Positions 23,765-36,701 of a stretch of DNA of 64,000 nt are shown here, piece by piece. Numbering within the stretch: position 1 is the first letter of the stretch; each line of letters begins with the position of its first letter. Made by a program: the position numbers and the translations under genes. Origin of the DNA: Octopus sinensis (taxonomy: Eukaryota); assembly GCF_006345805.1 (NCBI RefSeq), contig NC_043001.1:121830001-121894000 (forward strand). Reading direction: 5' to 3'. The notes under the pieces were generated by a model. The model was not told the origin of the DNA. It ran no database searches and saw only the letters and a program-made list of their open reading frames with translations.

Positions 23765-23968
23765 TTTTATTTGTTTCAGTCATTTGACTACGGCCAAGCT
23801 GGAGCACCGCCTTTAATTGAATAAATCGACCCCAGGACTTAATCTTTGTCAGCCTAGTACTTATTCTATCGGTCTCTTTTGCCGAACCGCTAAGTTACGA
23901 GAACGTAAACATGCAAACATCGGTTGTCAAGCGATGATGGGGGGACAAACACAGACTCACAAACATAT

Positions 23969-24007
<39 letters not shown>

Positions 24008-24168
24008 ACGGTTTTCTTTCACTTCTTGTCTACCGAATCCACTCACAAGGTTTTGGTCGGCCCGAGGCTATAGCAGAAGACACTTGCCCAAGGTGCCACG
24101 CAGTGGGACTGAACCTGAAACCATGTGGTTGGTAAGCAAGCTACTTATCACACAGCCACTCCTACGCC
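23765..24168 (-). mobile_element. SINE family B, full length
   Basis: Same consensus as 21125-21600. Confidence 0.9.
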
Positions 24169-24784
24169 TATATAACGCACCAAGAAAACAAAAATCCGGA
24201 ATTGAGTCTTCCCCACCACCTGCCCATCTGCAGCATAACCATGGAGTATTCAAGAAAAAGAGATGGTAAAACACTGATAGTTGTGATGGGGTGGTAATCG
24301 CTCCCTACCTCTCTTCGTCTCACGCTAATTATTTCTTCTTACCACACACATACGCACACACAATTTCGAAGAAGTTATTTTCGGTTTAACTGAGAAATAT
24401 TTATCCGTATAATTGGTATAACATTCTGTTTCCGTAAGTTATTTTTAAATTCTATTTCCATTGTTGATTTTGGCAATTCAAGTGCTTTCACAAAGTTATT
24501 TGCAAAGCAATCTGTACATAATTGTATTCTTGATTCTTCGGCTGTTTCCGTAAATCCCTACCTTCTACCTCTCAGCGTGAACGCAATTTAATACACATCT
24601 ACCCTTCTCTCTGCTGCTTGCTGTCACAAATCCTTCTGGTTGACAGACTTTTATGTACAACCGTCTCACGGAAATTCACTATATCTTCCGAAAATTCAGA
24701 ATTCACTCTTCCCCTCTCTCTCCTCTTCCTCTCTCTCTATCTCTCTTTCTCTCTCTGTCTTTCAATCTGTTCCAGAATACGCGT

Positions 24785-24787
24785 GTG

Positions 24788-24819
<32 letters not shown>

Positions 24820-25149
24820 TGTATGTATGTATGTATGTATGTATGTATGCATGCATGCATGTATGTAAGTATGCATGTATGTATGTATGTATGCATGTAT
24901 GCATATATATAGAGAGAGAGGGAGAGAGAAAGAGAGATGGATAGATAGATAGATTGATAGTTATGTGTGTGTATGCGTGTGCGTGTGTGTGTACATTATA
25001 AATATGCACATACACACATATTTACATATATGTTAATATGTGTATATGTACATATATACATGCACGCGTGTGTGTATATGCACACATATATACATACATA
25101 CATGCACACACATATGTATGATATATATATATATATATATATAAACATA

Positions 25150-25196
<47 letters not shown>

Positions 25197-25199
25197 ATA

Positions 25200-25242
<43 letters not shown>

Positions 25243-25244
25243 TA

Positions 25245-25303
<59 letters not shown>
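24785..25303. repeat. (TATG)n / (TA)n microsatellite complex
   Basis: Read directly from the sequence. Confidence 0.9.
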
Positions 25304-25307
<4 letters not shown>

Positions 25308-25954
25308 TTTTTTGTGACTATACATAAACACACGCACGTATAGAGGTGCATATGTATATGTATGAACCCAGACACACACACCACATATATGTACGTGTGC
25401 CTTGAATTGTATTTCTGATTTTAAGATGGAGTTATTACTCAAACGCTTAAATTATGGAAGGTTGCAGCGCAACACAATATAAGTAAAATATTTGCAAATA
25501 GTCCGAAATATGATACCTTTCAAAATTTGATTGATTGCGGAAAAACTATTTGAAAAAGTGTCACTCATTAGCATCTGTATTACATTTGACATATTCTTAC
25601 ATTTACTCAGAAAAACGCCTGATATTTTTATGCCTTCTGCAAAACATATGTGTGGAATATATTTCAGCAAGAACGGTGAATGTTCTCATGTATTTTGTTC
25701 TGCAAGGTAACCCATCAGATTTTTATTGTTAATTACATTTCGATGAGTATTTTTGCTTATGTATTGTTACGCTGCTGCTTGACTTCAGTCGTCTGAATAA
25801 CCAACAACGCGAAACTTAGAATTATGACTTATATATCTTTTATTTCTGGTAAAACATAAACGGCTTATGTATTGTGTAATCCCTTCCTTGCTGTAAGCAC
25901 AGCCGTTCACCCATCTCTACCTACGTTGTACAGGATTTAGAAAATGGATAAATA

Positions 25955-26165
25955 ACTTTCCGGATTCATATAGACACATACAGCTGTTTTCCCGTTTTCT
26001 GAGGAGTACATACTTACCTCACTCCTGGACGGGACGCCGGTCCGTCTCGGACTGGAGTGGAGCAACATGAAATGGAGTATTTTGCTCAAGAGCACTACGC
26101 GTCATCTGGACCAAGAATCGAAAGCATAATATTACGACTTCGAGTCAAACACCCTACCCACTAAC
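25955..26165 (-). mobile_element. SINE-like element, family D
   Basis: Minus-strand head 'tagtgggtagggtgtttgactcgaagtcg..tttcgattc..ctcttgagcaaaatact'; similar to 12160-12382. Confidence 0.6.
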
Positions 26166-26759
26166 CCACGCGTCTCCTCAACACACGTCGCAAGCGCGCC
26201 TGTGAATACACATCAGGCAGATACATATATACATAGGTATCTATGTGTGTGTGTGTATACATACATACATACATACATACATACATACATACATACATAC
26301 ATGTATTCATGCATGCATGCATACATACATGCATGCATACATACATAATTATATACATACATACATGCATACATACACACATACACACATACATATATAT
26401 ACGCATAATGCATACATACATACATGCATTCATACATACAAGCATACATGTGTACATACACACACACACACACACACACGCACGCATACACACACACACA
26501 TACACACACACACTGTTTCCAGCATGCCAAATACGTGTTCGCTCCGGAAGAAACTGCTTGACACAAATTCTACAACAATGCAACCAATTCCTGAGATGCT
26601 TATTATCTGGATAAAAAATCTCGACTGCATCTATCTTCATATCACGAAATGGCTCGACGATGTCGGCACCGACATTTTTATATGTCATACTGAAGTATTT
26701 TTGTAGAATAAAATTTCGGCATTCGAGTGTTACGTTTATTCTTATTCATTCTCTTTACT

Positions 26760-27445
26760 CTTTTACTTTTTACTCTTTTACTTGTTTCAGTCGTTTGACT
26801 GTGGCCATGCTGGAGCACTGCCTTTAGTCGAGCAAATCGACCCCAGGACTTATTCTTTGTAAGCTTAGTGCTTATTCTATCGGTCTCTTTTGCCGAACCG
26901 CTAAGTTACGGGGATGTAAACACACCAGCATCGGTTGTCAAGCGATGTGGGGGGGGGGGGGACAAACACAAACACAAACATATACACACATACATACATA
27001 CATACATATAATATATATATATATATAAGGATGCGTGATATATATATATATAAATCACGCATCCTTTTCCAAGTATATATACGTTTTATTTATTATTTTG
27101 CACATTACTATCATCGTTATATGTTTATCTTATATTTAATCTTTATATAATATGTAATTTCTGGATGGTATAATTGATTTTTCATTTTTGAATTGATGAT
27201 TTTTTCTAAGATATATATATATATATATATCTATATATATATAATATATATATATATATAATATATATATATATACATATATACGACGGGCTTCTTTCAG
27301 CTTCTGTCTACCAAATCCACTCACAAGGCTTTGGTTGGCCCGAGGCTATAGTAAAAGACACTTGCCCATGGTGCCACGCAGTGGGACTGAACCCGGAAGC
27401 ATGTGGTTCGCAAGCAAGTTACTTACCACACAACCACTCCTATGC
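26760..27445 (-). mobile_element. SINE family B interrupted by an AT-rich insert within its internal microsatellite
   Basis: Tail half 26760-27000, head half 27280-27445; the insert at ~27070-27200 resembles 53493-53640. Confidence 0.8.
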
Positions 27446-28561
27446 CATTTTTTTTTAAAGATTGATGCGAAATGATGCCCAATGGTAATCTAACTGAAAA
27501 TCGGCAGCAATAACTGGAGTACAACATAGTATTGTGTTTATATGCCTTTTGTTTCGAATGAGACAACTAGGCGCAGCTGTTTGGACACTGGCGATTTAAT
27601 ACGGCTGACTCGATATTGAAGCCTATTTTGGCGCCCCCACCACATACACATATAGACACGCATATTTTGGTGCATGCGGAGAAACATAGACAGAAAGAGA
27701 AAGAAAGAAGGACAGAGATATAGAGAAAGAGAGAAATAAAGACAGAAAGATAAAGAAAGTGGGAGAGAGAGGAGGAGAAGGAGGGAGAGAAACACAGGTT
27801 GAAATCGTGAAATAGAAAGAAAGAGGGAGAGAGAAGAAAAAGTGAAACATTAAAACAGCTGATGTTAAATATGTCAACAACTAATTAGAGACGCCAAACA
27901 GGCGGCACCAAAACGGCTTTTCCAAAACGTCCATTACTCGTACTGAGAACTTTCTTTACAAAAAACCCAACAGCGATGTTAATATTCTGACGATAACCTA
28001 TCTTGAATGAGTTAGACCATTGCTCACAACTGTGATCTCACAATAGTTCAGAACTACTGCAAGCATTCCGTCTCCACATACATACATATATATGCCGACC
28101 GCCAACACCTCTTATGTCCATCTCCTATGTTCCTGCCTTTAGGCTTTCACTTCATACACGCCAGCTCAACTGGATTCGTTTTCAGTCGAAAGACACCTCT
28201 TGTTATTTTCTTGTTGTTTGTATTCGTAATTGTGTATCATGTTTTCTGGGGGTTTTTTTGTCTTTGTTGCCGTACACATTCGATAGCTTTCTTACAAAGG
28301 GGTCTAATGCTTTTAGCTTAGATATTTTTTTTGGGGGGGGGGACCAGATCGAACCGTCTCAAGTGTAACTGCCCGAAACGATCGTGACTTCTTGTACTTG
28401 ACTGAGGAAAGAAGGCCACGAATGACCGGTCTTTGTTTGCCTGTCCTTTCTAACTGTGTATATACATACACACACACATGTATACATACATATATCTACA
28501 CACACACACACACACATATATATACATATATTTATATATATGCATATATACATATATAGAC

Positions 28562-28652
<91 letters not shown>

Positions 28653-28663
28653 TATATATATAT

Positions 28664-29335
28664 TATATATCGACTTTGCAAAGGCCTTTGATAAGTCGAT
28701 CATGAAATGATATGTCACAAACAGCGTGATCTCGGCATTGCTGGGAATTGGGAGAATGGCTGCATGACTTTCTGAAGGATAGAAATCAGGTAATAGTAGC
28801 CAATGGGGCAACCTACACTGGCAAGCAAATATTAAGCGGTGTTCCGCAAGGCACTGTTTTGTGAGCACTACTGTTCATAATGACCCTCTCATCCATGCCC
28901 TCAGCCACACAGAGAGCCACGATCACAAGTTATGCAGACGATACGAAAGTCTCACTGGTGATACAGAACCATGAAGACACTATGCACCTACAATGTGAGT
29001 TGGATGAATATAGAAGTGGGCTGAGAAGAATAGCATGCAGTTTAATGCTGAAAAGTTTCAAGCCTTGTGCTATCAGCATGCAAAACTAAATGCCACACCA
29101 ATTAAATACACTGGACCTGGAGAGATTGCAATCCCAGAGACACAGTCAGTGCGATACCTGTGCTTTTGCATGAGTAATAATGCATCCTTCCGTGTGCCTG
29201 TTGTTAAGTTGGTAATGAAATGCAGACGGCTGACTGGATGGATTCTTAGAACTTTTTAAACGAGAGATCAGGAAACAATGATGCTCCTCTGGAGGACATT
29301 TGTTCTAAGCTGCTTTGACTATTGCTTCCAAGTGT
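28664..29335 (+). pseudogene. CR1/L2-group LINE reverse-transcriptase fragment
   Basis: '[10 protein letters not shown]', 'LHDFLKDRNQVIVANG', 'SGVPQGTVL', 'SYADDTKV', 'MQFNAEKFQAL', 'GWILRTF', with frameshifts. Confidence 0.9.
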
Positions 29336-29454
29336 CCCAGACGAATCAACTTCACAGCAGGAAGTGTAAATGAGGGCAGCAGCGTCAAACTCTCTTATGC
29401 ACCAAGCGTCAATTTCCAAAAAGAATTAGTGAAGTAAAAGTATGTAGCAACACC

Positions 29455-29554
29455 NNNNNNNNNNNNNNNNNNNNNNNNNNNNNNNNNNNNNNNNNNNNNN
29501 NNNNNNNNNNNNNNNNNNNNNNNNNNNNNNNNNNNNNNNNNNNNNNNNNNNNNN
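29455..29554. other. Assembly gap (100 N)
   Basis: Run of n characters. Confidence 1.
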
Positions 29555-29642
29555 ATCTCTTCTATTACACTTAGTTCAAGTGTAATCCGAGAATGTCAAG
29601 GTTTAGAGCTGTTGTGTGTGTGTGTAGTTTTAGAGATAGACA

Positions 29643-29644
<2 letters not shown>

Positions 29645-29709
<65 letters not shown>

Positions 29710-30235
29710 GTTATTTTGTATATGTTATTACACGAAAACAAACACATGAAACCATCCGCAAAGTACTATAGGAAGAAATGAAAAATAAAGAACGGGAAAG
29801 ACAGGAGAGAACAGACAACTGACAGAGAAGGAGAGGGAAAGCGAGGAGGGAACAGACAGAGGAGGAGGAGGAGTAATTGAGAGAATATGAAAAAATACAT
29901 GTAATTCAAGACAGCACCTGCATATATATGTGAATGTGTATGTGGATGTGTGTTTGAGCATTATGCGTATACCAATCAGTGTATGTATGCATGTATTTAT
30001 GTTTGTATGTATGTATGTATGTATGTATGTATGTATGTATGTATGTATGTATGTATGTATATATGTACGTATGCGTGTATGTATGTATGTACGTATGTGT
30101 GTATGTATGTATGTATGTATGTATGTATGTACGTATGTACGTATGTATGTATGTATTATGTATGTATGTATGTATGTATGTATGTATGTATGTATGTATG
30201 CATGCATGTATGTGTGTATATATGTATATATGTGT
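29645..30235. repeat. (GA)n and (TATG)n microsatellites
   Basis: Read directly from the sequence. Confidence 0.9.
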
Positions 30236-30354
30236 GTCTGTATGAGTATATATGCATATATAAGGAGAGTTTACCAAAAAAATACAAAAGACGAAGACAG
30301 GTGGTGTGCAAAACAAACCGATGTATTAGTATAACGCTCAGGAATAGAAAAAGT

Positions 30355-30390
30355 CTTTTACGTTTCGAGCCTACGCTCTTCTACAGAAAG
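30355..30390 (-). ncRNA. Minimal hammerhead-like motif (non-canonical core)
   Basis: Minus strand: cttt-CTGTAGA-a-gagc(gtag)gctc-GAAAC-GTA-aaag; the A6 position is U. Confidence 0.4.
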
Positions 30391-30682
30391 GGACACAAAA
30401 AAAAAAACAAGGAGAAAAGTCAGAGAAGTTTTATTGTCCTAAAGTCAGTATAGTCAACGGCCATCTAGGATTGAGTGACACTTGGTACTTGTGTAGACAT
30501 TTCTCTATGAGAGGTAAAACTCTTATGTGATACCCGCGGTTAGTTTTCCTGCTTGGGAAAAATGTTGTTAGAGTGAGATTGGCGTTGTGAAAGGCCTTTC
30601 TTCACTTTAAAATGCTTTGGACACTGGATTCTCTTGATTTTTAAAATTTCTATTAGCATCTCTATTATGTACTGCATACTCT

Positions 30683-30840
30683 AAGGTGGCGGTGCTGGCA
30701 GAATTGTTGGCACGCCGGGCAAAATGCTTAGCAGCGTTTCATCCGACTTCTCGATCTGAGTTCAAATTACGCCGAAGTCGACTTTGTCTATTCATCTTTT
30801 CTGAGTCGATAAAATAAATATCAGTCGACTTAACTCCACT
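30683..30840 (+). mobile_element. SINE family A, 5' part
   Basis: 'aaggtggcggtgctggcagaattgttggcacgccgggcaaaatgcttagc'. Confidence 0.8.
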
Positions 30841-31484
30841 TAACAGGCATGTTCATCTCCAGTCTCGAGCTAATCGACTTTTTCGTTTTCCACATGAAAC
30901 GGAAAATAAGGCTGGAGAAGAAATGCCTGTCGCAAAGTGTGTTTCGTAAAAGATGGAAGAATATAGCAAGTATGTTGCGAGTGAAAGAACCTGTTTAAAC
31001 GAGAATATAAAAAAGGAGAAAGCAAAGTCTTCAGTGTGAGTATGTGGTTTGTGAGGTCAACCGTGTCCTCCGCTTCATTTTTTGTCAACCACTCATTCTC
31101 ATTTAATTGTATATATTTCAATTGTTTGTTTATTCATACGTTTCGTCTCATTCGATACCCTGACCACAATGTTTGTTTTTCCTGTCCTCCTATCGTCCCC
31201 TCTTTTTCTCAACCTTATGGTGAATAAAGAAATATTCTTACTGAAATCGTTGACCTTATGCTAAAGTTTGAAGCCATTATATATTGCATATTATGGCTAG
31301 GCGTTGCCGGAAAAAGACAGAACACTGCATGAAAGCAAGCGTCAGCGTAGGCGGCGAGCTCTCTGAACCCCTGAACACTCAAATGGGTTCAGATTCCGCC
31401 GAACTGAGGAGCTACATCTGTGCTGCTTTTTTAAAGAGAAAAATACAGCAATGATATTGCACGAAATCGAGTTACAACCCTTAT

Positions 31485-31969
31485 GTGTGTGTGTATGTAT
31501 GTATGTATGTATGTATGTATGTATGTATGTATGTATGTATGTATGCTGTATGTATGTATGCATGCATGTATGCATGTATGTATGTATGTATGTAGCTATG
31601 TATGTATGCATGTATGCATGTATGTATGTATGTATGTATGTAGCTATGTATGTATGCATGTATGCATGTATGCATGTATGTATGTATGCATGTATGTATG
31701 TATAGATGCATGCATGTATGTATGTAGGTATGTGTGTGTGTATGTATGTATGTATGTATGTATGTATGTATGTATGTATGTATGTATGTATGTATGTATG
31801 CATGTATGTATGTATGTATTTGTATGTATGTATATGTGTGTATGTATGTATGTATGTATGTGCGTGTATGTATGTTGTATTATGTTGTTGTATGTATGTA
31901 TGTATGTATGTATGTATGTATGTATGTATGTGTGTATGTGTGTGAGAGAGAGAGAGTGAGTGAGTGAGT

Positions 31970-32041
<72 letters not shown>
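31485..32041. repeat. (TATG)n-(GA)n microsatellite complex
   Basis: Read directly from the sequence. Confidence 0.95.
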
Positions 32042-32043
<2 letters not shown>

Positions 32044-32322
32044 TACGCGCCCGCGTGTGCGACGTAGGTTAAGTGGGCTAAATCACTTTTGAATGCTGGC
32101 AATGATTTTAAACAATTAAAGTACGTTGATTGTGAAATATAACCGTATCATTGACACTTGATCCGATCTCCAAAACAGACGCGATTTCATCCTGTTATGA
32201 GAGAACAATCAAATATGTATTACTCATAGGAAGTCGCTGCAACATGAACTGTGGGCCCATTTGTTGTGTGTTCCGTATTTAACGTATTTTCATGAACGGA
32301 CATACTCGACCACAGACACACA

Positions 32323-32368
<46 letters not shown>

Positions 32369-32545
32369 ACATACATACACACACACATACACCAAACGGA
32401 ATTAGGATGTCTCTAATATTGTCTCGCGACTTGCAAGACACAAGAGCTGAATCTCCATCAAAAACGTTTTATCAACAAATAATTTTATTAATGCCTACTG
32501 TCTACCCTCAGTTTTTACTGTTGATACATGTCTGGTATGTACGTA

Positions 32546-33838
32546 TTAGATTGTCCGGAATGTTCTGAGCGTTTTTAAACTAAATCTTTCAACGCTTCAT
32601 TGAACACACCTGAAACGTAACACAGTTAAAACTTTGGCGTTGCTTGAAGTAGTAATGCATCTCTTTGTTCTTGACTAAAAATACTTCTATCTTTCATTCT
32701 GGTTACCCTTTATTGACATTTAAAATGGATAACCAAAAATGTTATACTCACGTTATAATGCTTTTCGTTTTTTTAAAAAAGGAGAAAATGCCGCCAAGAC
32801 TTGCAAAAACATTTGTGGAGTTTATGGTGATGATGCTGTAGGTGAGATGACTGTTTGATGGTGGTTTGCAATATTTAAAGCTGGAGAGCTTAGCTCGGAA
32901 GATGACAGTCGCAGTGGAAGACCTTCAAAAGTGAATGAAGATATTTTGAAGGAAAAATCAAAGAAAACTCAAATATCATGACTAGATAACTTGCAGAGGA
33001 GTTGGAAGTTTCTAAAAGTACGGCTCATGAACACTTACTGAAGATAGGAGACATTTCTCACTATTATGTATGGGTCCCTCACAATCTCTCAGAAAAGAAT
33101 TGCTTGGACCGGTATTCCATTTGTGATATGCTTTTGAAACAGAATGAAAGCATGCCTTTTGTTTAAACAACTTGTGATTGGAGATGAAAAATGGATTGTG
33201 CACGGAAATGTAGTACGGAAAAGATCTTGGACATTGCGTCATGATCCCTCAAAACAGCAACCAAAGACAAATATCCAAACCAAAAAAGTTATGCTTTGTG
33301 TTTGGTGGGATCATAAAGGCATTATTTGTTATGAGCTTCTCCCACAAAATCAAACCGTTAGTTTAGTCGTCAGCTGGCTAATTTGAACCAAAAAAAATCA
33401 AAGAACTGAAGCCGGAGATTACCAATAGGAAATGGGTAGTGTTCCAACAAGACAATACCCGACCACATGTGTCTTTGGATACCCAAACCAAGTTTCATGA
33501 ACTTGGTTGGTATCTCTTACCCCATCCACCATATTCTCCTGGTATTGCGTCATCCGACTACCACTAGTTTTTGTCTCAACAGAACTCATTGCAAGAAAAA
33601 AAAAGAAAAAAAGACATTTAACGATTTAGATGGAGTCAAAATGCATCTACATAACATTTTTTTTTCTTCAAAACCAGTCAAATTTTATGGTGATGGAATA
33701 TTTAAATTGCCTGATAGATGAGCAAAGGTCATTAATAATAATGGAAATGATTTCATTCAATAGAGTTTATTGAAAGGTCAAATATTTATATCCCATTTTA
33801 ACATGTTAAAAACGCTCAGAACTTTCCGGACAACCTGA
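32546..33838 (+). mobile_element. Full-length decayed mariner transposon (~1.29 kb)
   Basis: TIRs 'ttagattgtccggaatgttctgagcgtttttaa' / 'ttaaaaacgctcagaactttccggacaacctga'; motifs 'KGENAAKTCKNICGVYG', 'WVPHNL', 'GDEKWI', 'KKVMLCVWWD', 'QQDNTRPH', 'PHPPYSP'; frameshifted. Confidence 0.92.
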
Positions 33839-33863
33839 TGTAATTACACGCGCATGCATAAAT

Positions 33864-33896
<33 letters not shown>

Positions 33897-33944
33897 AATA
33901 TCTACAAATTGTTTATTGATATATACGTTCACAAAATTATAATT

Positions 33945-34342
33945 TACTCTTTTACTTGTTTCAGGCATTTGACTACGGCCATGCTGGAGCACCGCCTTTA
34001 GTCGAGCAAATCGACCCCAGGACTTATTCTTTATAAGCCTAGTACTTATTCTATCGGACTCTTTTACCGAACCGCTAAGTTACGGGGACGTAAACGCACC
34101 AGCATCGGTTGTCAAGCGATGTTGGGGGTACAAACACAGACACACACACACACAAACGCACATACATGTACCTATACATATATACGACGGGTTTCTTTCA
34201 GTTTCCGTCTGCCAAATCCACTCACAAAGGTTTGGTCAGCCCGAGACTATAGTAGAAGACACTTGCCCAAGGTTCCACACAGTGGGACTGAACCCGGAAC
34301 CATGTGGTTGGTAGGCAAGCTACTTATCACACAGCCACTCCA
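33945..34342 (-). mobile_element. SINE family B, full length
   Basis: Consensus match. Confidence 0.9.
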
Positions 34343-35659
34343 GCGCGTATGTTTGTATATTTTCTGGAGATATTAATTTTAAATTATGGCATAAGGCTAG
34401 GAATTTCAGAGAAGAGAGTATTTTGTGGAGATATTAATAACCAAGTGTAGTGAGAGCCTTTACGTGACCACTCGAACTGCTGAAAACAACAGCCAAATTT
34501 CATACAAATATAACACTACCTTCTCTAAAATAGAAGGATACACTGGAAATTGTAGACGTTAGTATATTATATCTCAAATATAAGACGCGATGATCATGTC
34601 GTGGATGGAATGTCTTTTTGCGATTAATCATAGATTTATGGCTTGAGTCTCCGAGACAGTGCATGACCTAGGGCATTAGGTCGTGGGTTCAATTCCTGGG
34701 CCTGGTAGAGTTTCATTTTACCTTGCTCCAGTCTTCTATGCAGTAATGAATACCAGCTTATATGCATGACACCTCTTCTCTCTTCCCTACACACACCTGT
34801 CACATCTTTGATGTGCCACTGGATCAAGGGTGAGAAGGGCCGAGAGGACATTAATGTTTACTTGAAACTACATAGGCAACTTAAACAATTAATTAAATCA
34901 TGGTACTTGCTGTTACAAGATATACTCGCTCGCGAGTGACGGCACTTTGTGAACATGCAGTATTTAGTTACATCTATTTACAATGTAAGTTCAAATCCAA
35001 CTGAGTGAGATTTGATAAAGTAGGTGCCAGTCAATGACTAGGGCCATTGTAAATGCCAATAAATTCTCCCTTAAATTTGTGGGCTTCTAATTATGTTCGT
35101 AGCCAACCTTAAATTTCGTCCAACAGCGTTCTCTTTCCCTAGCAGACAAGCTGGACGTCAATCACATCGACCCAACGTATATTTGTCTAAGATGGTCTGC
35201 AATGGTTATGAGTATAAATAACTAAACAGTAAAAATTATGAAATAGAATAAAATAACCAACCGACAACAACAACAACGACAAAAAAACAAACAAAAAAGA
35301 AGCTATGCAAAGATTATTCAGTTTCTAAGCCTGAAGAGGAAACGTGTTGCACACGGAGTCCCCAGGAAAGGTTATAGAATACAGCAAATAGGAAGAGTTC
35401 ACAGGAAAGTTGGATAAGTGCAATTTCCGCTATGAACACGCCAGTGACTAATTGTTGCTGACGTCGACGATAATCTGTTTCATGGATTCCGGATGCTACC
35501 TTAAATATAGAAAGTAGTAAGGAAAAAGGAATTCTCTAAAGACAGAGTTGTTCAATGAATTGAAAGAGTGTTATGGTGTGTGAGTTTGTTTCAATTCTTA
35601 TTCATCTAGTTATATATGAGTACATTTTTAACTGATGTATGTATATTATTTATTCATGT

Positions 35660-36312
<653 letters not shown>

Positions 36313-36701
36313 TAAAAGCAATAATAAATCTAAGCGAGGTATAAGCAGTAGCCACACAACATCGTGAAGTATATTTGCCACCTAAATGTGGCTAACCCTT
36401 AAGGGTTGATGCTACTGTAGCTTGTAGTCCCAGGAAGATATCTCCTCCAGCTGGCTATTTACACACTATCTGTACCCTATCAGTATTTGCAAAGAAGGGT
36501 CATCGTTCCCATCTACAAACTGACGTGAGACACACGGACCTGAGTTTCTGAGTATTGATCCGTCAACAGTATGTGACGATGGTTGGCGATAAAATCTTTA
36601 TTATAGGCACATTGGCCCGAATGAAGAGGGGACATAACAATACATACAGGACATGGAGTACATATAAAAAATACAGAAAGGATCATATGAATTATGATGA
36701 T

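Noticed and set aside
35335-35355. 'ctgaagaggaaacg' hammerhead-like words
   Set aside because: No room for stem II and no supporting stem I.
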